A stretch of 64,000 nucleotides of DNA from Rebecca billardiae RCC1528 (lineage: Eukaryota > Protista > Haptophyta): assembly GCA_965240325.2 (NCBI GenBank), contig OZ251242.1, positions 682,001 through 746,000 on the forward strand, read 5' to 3'. A model generated the notes under the pieces. That model saw only the letters and a program-made list of their open reading frames with translations, did no database searches and was not told the origin of the DNA. This document shows positions 11,983-20,100 of the stretch, piece after piece. A program made the position numbers and the translations under genes. Each line of letters starts with the position of its first letter. Within the stretch, counting starts at the first letter, position 1.

Positions 11983-12518
11983 GGGGAATCGTTGTCTGTT
12001 GCCCAAGGTATCCACAGTCAGTGGGTCCCTGGCAAAAGACAATGACGAACAAGCAAATACTATCGCTTACTTCAGCGGTGACCATGGAGTCCGACTCTGC
12101 CCCAAAGAAAGCGGACGAATCATCGGATGGAACATTGCTGGTTCGGCATCAACATCAATATCAAGACTAGACCGCCCACAAGTTCAGAGACACTGTAACT
12201 TGCTTGAACAAACATTGGGCTCACCAATCGACCACTCCCGCGAAGCCGAGGTCAAATGTACAAACGTTGATGAACCTCGTCTCGCGGTGAGCCTCTGCTT
12301 TCTGCTTGCTCGCGTAAGGAGATGGCGGAGGCAAAGCCACTAACAATAACAAGGGCGCTCGGGCTGAAAGGCCCGGGCGTCCGCCCCCACACTCGTTCCG
12401 GTCGGGGGCCGCACATTAAAGCAAGGACGCAGTGGGGGGAGCGGGAACTTAGGCGCGCGCGCGCGCGCGCGCGGTAGTTTGCCAGCTGAGGACTAGCAGT
12501 GTTATTCTATCCGACTAA
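11983..12518 (+). repeat. Split direct repeat B1 (536 bp)
   Basis: 11983-12354 matches 13480-13851, and 12262-12518 matches 16844-17100. Confidence 0.93.
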
Positions 12519-13314
12519 CCCCTCTTAGACCACAGTGTCTAACGAGAACTTTAGTCGGGCCAACCGTCGGCGGCCCTTGGCAACATCGCCATTGACGGCC
12601 GGTAGAGGCCGGCAGTAAGGCAGGATCCAGGCGGAGGCTCTCACCAGAGTTGGCGGCGCCGCGCGCGCCGCGCGCGCACGCAAGGAGAGACACCATTCGG
12701 ATCGTAGCTGGCAGCCAAGGGCCCAGTAGGCAGCCGAACGCGTGAGGCCTCGGAGAGAGGTAGCTGGCAAATGGAACATCCAGGACGTACAAACGTACAC
12801 GGATGCAGCCGTACGGGCAATACGTATGATGCAGAGGTACACTGTCGCGCGACAGGAAGAGTGTGAAGTCGATCAGTCATCGCCGCCGCGCGCGCGCGCG
12901 CGCCAGTGCAGAAGGGAGAGGACAGGCGGAGCCGGGACCAAACGCGGAGCCCACGAAGGCAGAGGCTCGTGCGACACACGAGGATCACACGCCGCACGAG
13001 GACCGTGGCCGGGTGCGGCCCCCGAGCAGCGGGCAGAGGCGACCTATCGACGGTCGCCACACCGAGTGGCAGCCATTTCGTCCTGCGGCGAAGTCTTGCG
13101 GCCGGGCGCGCCTCCTGCGCCGCGCCCCTGGCGCGGAGCGTGGACGGGCGCAGGTTTGCGCCTCGCGCCGGCGCATCTTGGGCTCAAGCCCGTCGAAGAG
13201 CACGTGTTTGCGTCGCGCTTCGAAGGAGGGGGTTGGCAGCTCTTGTGGAGGAGGGCTCGGCGCGAGACGCTGTCGAGCAAGGGTCGCCTCCTTCCACAGG
13301 AATCAAAGCTCTTT
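12516..13314 (+). repeat. Split direct repeat A2
   Basis: Copy of 5053-5851, overlapping B1 by the TAA. Confidence 0.95.
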
Positions 13315-13479
13315 CCCGCCCACCCGCCCGCACGCATTTATTTTCGTTGTTACGGGATTCCATCAACCCGAATAAACAGGGCAGCGGTGCTTCTTTTCCG
13401 GCGAGCAAGCCGAGCCTGTTGAAGCCAATGAAAACGGCTTCAACAACCATCCTTGTTAACCAACGGACCGACGACAATT

Positions 13480-13851
13480 GGGGAATCGTTGTCTGTTGCC
13501 CAAGGTATCCACAGTCAGTGGGTCCCTGGCAAAAGACAATGACGAACAAGCAAATACTATCGCTTACTTCAGCGGTGACCATGGAGTCCGACTCTGCCCC
13601 AAAGAAAGCGGACGAATCATCGGATGGAACATTGCTGGTTCGGCATCAACATCAATATCAAGACTAGACCGCCCACAAGTTCAGAGACACTGTAACTTGC
13701 TTGAACAAACATTGGGCTCACCAATCGACCACTCCCGCGAAGCCGAGGTCAAATGTACAAACGTTGATGAACCTCGTCTCGCGGTGAGCCTCTGCTTTCT
13801 GCTTGCTCGCGTAAGGAGATGGCGGAGGCAAAGCCACTAACAATAACAAGG
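13480..13851 (+). repeat. Repeat B2, 5' part (372 bp)
   Basis: Matches 11983-12354. Confidence 0.93.
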
Positions 13852-14130
13852 AGGCCGTGCCGGCGTGCCGAGCAGCGCGACCACCTCGTCGGGCCCATGC
13901 TTCTGCACCATTGCGGCACGCCTCCGGGAAGGCGGCAGCTGCTTGCCGAGCGTGCCGATCGGTGCGGCTGCCGGCTGGCAAGCCCCTCGGTCGGAGTCGG
14001 TGCCGCAGCTGCAGTGCCCGGTGGCGTCTCTGAATCGGCGGCCCGATCGATGCCGGCGCTAGCTCGAACGCAAAGCTCGTCGTGATGATCGTTGGGAGAT
14101 CATCACGACGAGCCACGCTTCACGGCTTCA

Positions 14131-15825
14131 TCAGCCTGCACCGTCGCGGATCCTGGCCCTCCTGGCCATCACCACAGGTATGTCCTGTGGTTGCTGCCGT
14201 CGTGCTGCTCCCGCCGCCATGGATGGTGATGGTAGTCCTGGCAGACCCTGGTCGTAGATGCCATAGGCAGCCCGGACTGCGTTGTCACCTGCGTTGCCGG
14301 GCAGATGCCGCTCGTCCAGGGCCCAGGCATCATCATTGACCACCCCGTCATCAATCGAGTGGATCGTGCCATCTGACGAGCGCCAGCGGACGATGCTGAC
14401 AGCGACCAGCGGCGGCGGTGGGGAAAGCTGTGGCGCGGCATCCGAAACAGCGGCAACGCAGCTGGTGGATTTGTGCTGTCGCTTCGCTGCGCGCGTGCCC
14501 TGGTCGCCGGTGCCATGCTCCAGCCCGCGCTTGGGGACGGCGAGCCGACCGCCAACCATGCCGGCCAGCTTGTGCGTAGCGCACCGGCTGGCGCGCGCGT
14601 CGCCCGGCATGCCAAAGGTAGGCCGTGTGGTGCAGCCGGCGTGATCACACCTGGGGCTCCTCAAGTCGACCATGCCGGCCAGCGTGTGCGCAGCGCACCG
14701 GCTGGCGCGCGCGTCGCCCGGCATGCCGAATGAAGGCACCGTGGTGCAGCCGGTATGATCACACTTGGGGCTCCTCACGTCGACCATGCCGGCCAGCTTG
14801 TGCGTAGCGCACCGGCTGGCGCGCGCGTCGCCCGGCATGCCGAACGCAGGCTGCTTGGTGCAGCCCGCGTGATCACACTTGCGGCTCACCACGTCGACCA
14901 TGCCGGCCAGCTTGTGCGCAGCGCACCGGCTGGCGCGCGCGTCGCCCGGCATGCCAAACGAAGGCACCGTGGTGCAGCCGGTATGATCACACTTGGGGCT
15001 CTTCACATCGACCATGCCGGCCAGCTTGTGCGCAGCGCACCGGCTGGCGCGCGCGTCGCCCGGCATGCCGAAGTAAGGCCGCGTGGTGCAGCCCGCGTGA
15101 TCACACTTGCGGCTCACCACGTCGACCATGCCGGCCAGCCTGTGCGCAGCGCACCGGCTGGCGCGCGCGTCGCCCGGCATGCCGAACGCAGGCTGCTTGG
15201 TGCAGCCCGCGTGATCACACTTGGGGTTCTTCACGTTGATCATGCCGGCCAGCTTGTGCGTGGCGCACCGGCTGGCGCGCGCGTCGCCCGGCATGCCGAA
15301 CGCAGGCTGCTTGGTGCAGCCAGCGTGATCACACTGGCGGCTCACCAAGTTGACCATGCCGGCCAGCTTGTGCGTAGCGCACCGGCTGGCACGCGCGTCG
15401 CCCGGCATGCCAAACGAAGGCACCGTGGTGCAGCCGGTATGATCACACTTGGGGCTCTTCACATCGACCATGCCGGCCAGCTTGTGCGCAGCGCACCGGC
15501 TGGCGCGCGCGTCGCCCGGCATGCCGAAGTAAGGCCGCGTGGTGCAGCCCGCGTAATCACACTTGGGGTTCACCACGTTGGCCATGCCGGCCAGCTTGTG
15601 CGCAGCGCACCGGCTGGCGCGCGCGTCGCCCGGCATGCCGAACGCAGGCTGCTTGGTGCAGCCCGCGTGATCACACTTGGGGTGCTTCACGTCGATCATG
15701 CCGGCCAGCTTGTGCGTGGCGCACCGGCTGGCGCGCGCGTCGCCCGGCATGCCGAACGCAGGCTGCTTGGTGCAGCCCACGTGATCACACTTGCGGCTCT
15801 TCACGTCGACCATGCCGGCCAGCAT
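14131..15825 (-). CDS. EsV-1-7-like cysteine-rich repeat protein (11 x 38 aa)
   Basis: ATG-to-TGA 564-aa ORF. The 114-bp units encode CDHAGCTKQPAFGMPGDARASRCATHKLAGMVDV, i.e. the C-x4-C...P.FG..G......C..HK..GM pattern of EsV-1-7 repeats. A basic NLS-like stretch follows. Confidence 0.85.
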   Translation of the reverse strand: MLAGMVDVKSRKCDHVGCTKQPAFGMPGDARASRCATHKLAGMIDVKHPKCDHAGCTKQPAFGMPGDARASRCAAHKLAGMANVVNPKCDYAGCTTRPYFGMPGDARASRCAAHKLAGMVDVKSPKCDHTGCTTVPSFGMPGDARASRCATHKLAGMVNLVSRQCDHAGCTKQPAFGMPGDARASRCATHKLAGMINVKNPKCDHAGCTKQPAFGMPGDARASRCAAHRLAGMVDVVSRKCDHAGCTTRPYFGMPGDARASRCAAHKLAGMVDVKSPKCDHTGCTTVPSFGMPGDARASRCAAHKLAGMVDVVSRKCDHAGCTKQPAFGMPGDARASRCATHKLAGMVDVRSPKCDHTGCTTVPSFGMPGDARASRCAAHTLAGMVDLRSPRCDHAGCTTRPTFGMPGDARASRCATHKLAGMVGGRLAVPKRGLEHGTGDQGTRAAKRQHKSTSCVAAVSDAAPQLSPPPPLVAVSIVRWRSSDGTIHSIDDGVVNDDAWALDERHLPGNAGDNAVRAAYGIYDQGLPGLPSPSMAAGAARRQQPQDIPVVMARRARIRDGAG

Positions 15826-15911
15826 TGCATTATCATAGGGAGCAAGGGTGGTCGTGGGAGTTCTTCACTCTGAACTCGCCAGACTGGCGGCGACTGCGCA
15901 TCCTTGGCGCA

Positions 15912-16661
15912 TCACTGAATTCGAGATCTAGGCGGGCGGGCGGCTCGGGAGTCGGGCGGGCAATACAGTAAGTAAGCTTTTGGAATGGCGTCGGTCCTCA
16001 CGCAGGCTGTGGTGCAACCTGGCCGGAGCCAGATCGCTGCGTGCACGTCGTGGGCATCGCGTTTGAGTAGCGTCTCGAGCTGCCGCACGCGTTGATCACA
16101 CGCCTTGCGATGAGCGTCGATCGGGTAGAAATGTGAACGAGGCTTCCCACATCGTTTGGATTCATACGCAGCAGCAAGTAGGGCGATGTCCGGCGGCGCG
16201 CTGCGGCACGGGTGCAGCTTGGAGAGCAATGCGCGTACACGAGGAAGATGCTCACCGAGGATGTGTTCGAGCGAATGGTGCGGCCGGGCGACGACGTCAG
16301 CTGCACTGCGTGCTGCATCGATCGATGTGGCCGAACCACGGAACATGGAAGGTGCAGGTGAAGACGGACTGGGTGCAACGGCGCTGGCGTGATCGCGTAC
16401 GATCGTGTGCTTGCCAGCGGCGCGCTCCGTGCCGATCATGACATCGCCGTGCATGGTGACGTCGTTATCTGCTGGTGATCGCGCAGCGCGTGCGCATGCG
16501 AGGGCTCGCTGGGCAGATGCGCTGGATGCGAGTATGCGACGAGGGTGCAGGGGAAAGGGAGAGTTTTCGTGCACGTCCGGTCGTCCGGGCCCTATCTTGT
16601 AATCGACGTACCCGTTTACATATTCGATCGGATTACGACCGTCTAGGCACCATTTATTCAC
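15912..16661 (-). CDS. Hypothetical protein (second cargo ORF)
   Basis: 249-aa ATG-initiated ORF of ordinary composition, co-oriented upstream of the EsV-1-7 ORF. No family recognised. Confidence 0.45.
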   Translation of the reverse strand: MNKWCLDGRNPIEYVNGYVDYKIGPGRPDVHENSPFPLHPRRILASSASAQRALACARAARSPADNDVTMHGDVMIGTERAAGKHTIVRDHASAVAPSPSSPAPSMFRGSATSIDAARSAADVVARPHHSLEHILGEHLPRVRALLSKLHPCRSAPPDIALLAAAYESKRCGKPRSHFYPIDAHRKACDQRVRQLETLLKRDAHDVHAAIWLRPGCTTACVRTDAIPKAYLLYCPPDSRAARPPRSRIQ

Positions 16662-16843
16662 AACAGATTGGGGTGCATAGCAGAGTTCATTCCTTTATAG
16701 AGTTGCAAAATATGGCGGGCTATGTGCGCACCGGTCGTAAAGCATATCTCGCCATTCTTTGTATTATCTGGATATATCACAGCCAATCTTGAACCAAATG
16801 AGAATTTCTCAAATTCTCAAAAGTTCGTAGCCTATAGAGGGGT

Positions 16844-17100
16844 AAACGTTGATGAACCTCGTCTCGCGGTGAGCCTCTGCTTTCTGCTTGCTCGCGTAAG
16901 GAGATGGCGGAGGCAAAGCCACTAACAATAACAAGGGCGCTCGGGCTGAAAGGCCCGGGCGTCCGCCCCCACACTCGTTCCGGTCGGGGGCCGCACATTA
17001 AAGCAAGGACGCAGTGGGGGGAGCGGGAACTTAGGCGCGCGCGCGCGCGCGCGCGGTAGTTTGCCAGCTGAGGACTAGCAGTGTTATTCTATCCGACTAA
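16844..17100 (+). repeat. Repeat B2, terminal part (257 bp); right end of the element
   Basis: Matches 12262-12518 and ends in TAA. Confidence 0.93.
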
Positions 17101-17158
17101 TGAGCACGTTATTTGCGCTGGTCGCTTCCTCGCTGCAGGAGCCCAACATCAGCCACAC

Positions 17159-20100
17159 ATGACTGACCGCGCGGACGCCTCCCCGCTCGCGAAGCTCGCC
17201 GAGGTGTGGGGGCGAGGCGACGTGGCGGCGCTGCTCGAGGCGAGCGAGGTGGACCTTTCTGACAAGCAGTCGGTCTCCGAGGGCGTGGAGTGGCAGGGCG
17301 TGCTCCAGCTGGTGGAAACGTCGAGACACCTCGAGACACTCAACCTCACGTGTGCGCACGCGGCGGGGCAACGTGGGGCGTGCACGCGGAGGCGCATGGG
17401 CACAACATGGCGCGCGTGTGGCACGCGGATCGGGGCGTGTCGGCGCCGCTTCGGGCGCCGCGCCGCCGCCGCCGCAAACGCCGCATACGGTCCTCACGAC
17501 GGCGCGCGCGCGCAAGCGCACGCGTCGGCGCACGCGCGCTGATGCGTGCGCGCGCGGCGGGGGCGTGGGCGCGCGCAGCGCGCGCGTGCATGCTGCACCG
17601 CGCGCGCCGTCTCACACGCCGCTCAGCCGCGCCCCGCCCCGCGCCCGCCCCTGCGCGCAGTGGCACCGGCGTGGGTGACGAGGGTGCCGCGCAGCTCGGC
17701 GCCGCCCTCGCGTCGGGCAAGACGCGCCTGCGGGAGCTGTACCTCTTGTGAGCGCTGGGGAGTGCGCGGCGCGCGGCGCGTGGACGGTGGGCAGCGGGGA
17801 GGCGGGCTGGCGGTGGCATGCTCCATCATGCGCACCGCAGCGCACGAGCTCGGGCCGCCGCGCGCGCGCGGGGCGCCGAGCGCAGCGCCGAGCGCCGCGC
17901 CACCGCCGCCGTGCGCGCCGCGCGCGGCGGCGGTGGCGCGGAGGCGGCGGCGGCGCGCGCGCGCAAGCGCACGCGTCGGCGCACGCGCGCCGATGCGTGC
18001 GCGCGCGGCGGGCGCGCGTGCGCGCGTGGCGCGCGCGTGCATGCTGCACCACGCGCGCCGTCGCACACGCCGCTCAGCCGCGCCCCGCCCCGCGCCCTCC
18101 CCTGCGCGCAGTGGCACCCGCGTGGGTGACGAGGGTGCCACGCAGCTCGGCGCCGCCCTCGCGTCGGGCAAGACGCGCCTGCGGGAGCTGCACCTCAAGT
18201 GAGCGCTGGGGAGTGCGCGGCGCGTGGACGGTGGGCGGCGGGGAGGCGGGCTGGCGGTGGCATGCTCCAGCATGCGCACCGCAGCGCACGAGCCCGGGCC
18301 GCCGCGCGCGCGCGGGGCGCCGAGCGCCGCGCCGAGCGCCGCGCCACCGCCGCCGTGCGCGCCGCGCGCGGCGGCGGTGGCGCGGAGGCGGCGGCGGCGC
18401 GCGCGCAAGCGCACGCGTCGGCGCACGCGCGCCGATGCGTGCGCGCGCGGCGGGGGCGCGGGCGCGCGCGGCGCGCGCATGCATGCTGCACCACGCGCGC
18501 CGTCGCACACGCCGCTCAGCCGCGCCCCGCCCCGCGCCCTCCCCTGCGCGCAGTTACACCCGCGTGGGTGACGAGGGTGCCACGCAGCTCGGCGCCGCCC
18601 TCGCGTCGGGCAAGACGCGCCTGCGGGTGCTGAACCTCACGTGAGCGCTGGGGAGTGCGCGGCGCGCGGCGCGTGGACGGTGAGCGGCGGGGAGGCGGGC
18701 TGGCGGTGGCATGCTCCATCATGCGCACCGCAGCGCACGAGCCCGGGCCGCCGCGCGCGCGCGGGGCGCCGAGCGCCGCGCCGAGCGCCGCGCCACCGCC
18801 GCCGTGCGCGCCGCGCGCGGCGGCGGTGGCGCGGAGGCGGCGGCGGCGCGCGCGCGCAAGCGCACGCGTCGGCGCACGCGCGCCGATGCGCGCGCGCGCG
18901 GCGGGGGCGCGGGCGCGCGCAGCGCGCGCATGCATGCTGCACCACGCGCGCCGTCGCACACGCCGCTCAGCCGCGCCCCGCCCCGCGCCCTCCCCTGCGC
19001 GCAGTTACTGCCGCGGCGTGGGTGACGAGGGTGCCACGCAGCTCGGCGCCGCCCTCGCGTCGGGCAAGACGCGCCTGCGGGGGCTGGGCCTCAGGTGAGC
19101 GCTGCGGAGTGCGCGGCGCGTGGACGGTGGGCGGCGGGGAGGCGGGCTGGCGGTGGCATGCTCCATCATGCGTACCGCAGCGCACGAGCTCGGGCCGCCG
19201 CGCGCGCGCGGGGCGCCGAGCGCAGAGCCGAGCGCCGCGCCACCGCCGCCGTGCGCGCCGCGCGCGGCGGCGGTGGCGCGGAGGCGGCGGCGGCGCGCGC
19301 AAGCGCACGCGTCGGCGCACGCGCGCCGATGCGTGCGCACGCGGCGGGGGCGCGGGCGCGCGCGGCGCGCGCGTGCATGCTGCACCACGCGCGCCGTCGC
19401 ACACGCCGCTCAGCCGCGCCCCGCCCCGCGCCCTCCCCTGCGCGCAGTCGCACCGGCGTGGGTGACGAGGGTGCCACGCAGCTCGGCGCCGCCCTCGCGT
19501 CGGGCAAGACGCGCCTGCGGGAGCTGGACCTCCGGTGAGCGCTGGGGAGTGCGCGGCGCGCGGCGCGTGGCCGGTGGGCGGCGGGGAGGCGGGCTGGCGG
19601 TGGCATGCTCCATCATGCGCACCGCAGCGCACGAGCTCGGGCGTCCGCGCGCGCGCGGGGCGCCGAGCGCCGCGCCGAGCGCCGCGCCACCGCCGCCGTG
19701 CGCGCCACGCGCGGCGGCGGTGGCGCGGAGGCGGCGGCGGCGCGCGCGCGCAAGCGCACGCGTCGGCGCACGCGCGCCGATGCGTGCGCGCGCGGCGGGG
19801 GCGTGGGCGCGCGCGGCGCGCGCGTGCATGCTGCACCACGCGCGCCGTCGCACACGCCGCTCAGCCGCGCCCCGCCCCGCGCCCTCCCCTGCGCGCAGTG
19901 TCACCGGCGTGGGTGACGAGGGTGCCGCGCAGCTCGGCGCCGCCCTCGCGTCGGGCAAGACGCGCCTGCGGGAGCTGAGCCTCAGGTGAGCGCTGGGGAG
20001 TGCGCGGCGCGCGGCGCGTGGACGGTGGGCAGCGGGGAGGCGGGCTGGCGGTGGCATGCACCATCATGCACACCGAGGCGCACGAGCTCGGGCGTCCGCG

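Larger units (their letters stand above)
5053..17100 (+). mobile_element. Tyrosine-recombinase retrotransposon (DIRS order, split-direct-repeat Ngaro/PAT-like) carrying antisense cargo
   Basis: gag-RT-RNaseH-YR gene order and an A1...B1-A2...B2 repeat layout. Both ends and the internal B1/A2 junction share a TAA (left gtcaaaa-TAA-cccctc, internal ccgac-TAA-cccctc, right ccgac-TAA-tgagc). Confidence 0.92.

Noticed and set aside
5053-13314. LTR retrotransposon bounded by A1 and A2
   Set aside because: It encodes a tyrosine recombinase rather than a DDE integrase, lacks TG...CA ends and a TSD, and the B repeats extend the element to 17100.
5053-13851. Element ending at the first B2 piece
   Set aside because: That piece lacks the last 164 bp of B1. 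Only 17100 reproduces the ccgacTAA end.
14755-15873. 372-aa plus-strand repeat ORF
   Set aside because: Antisense shadow of the EsV-1-7-like ORF.
15912-16100. Tpt1/ADP-ribosyltransferase-like ending (TDAIPKAYL) in the second cargo ORF
   Set aside because: A single short resemblance without the other motifs, not supportable without a profile search.
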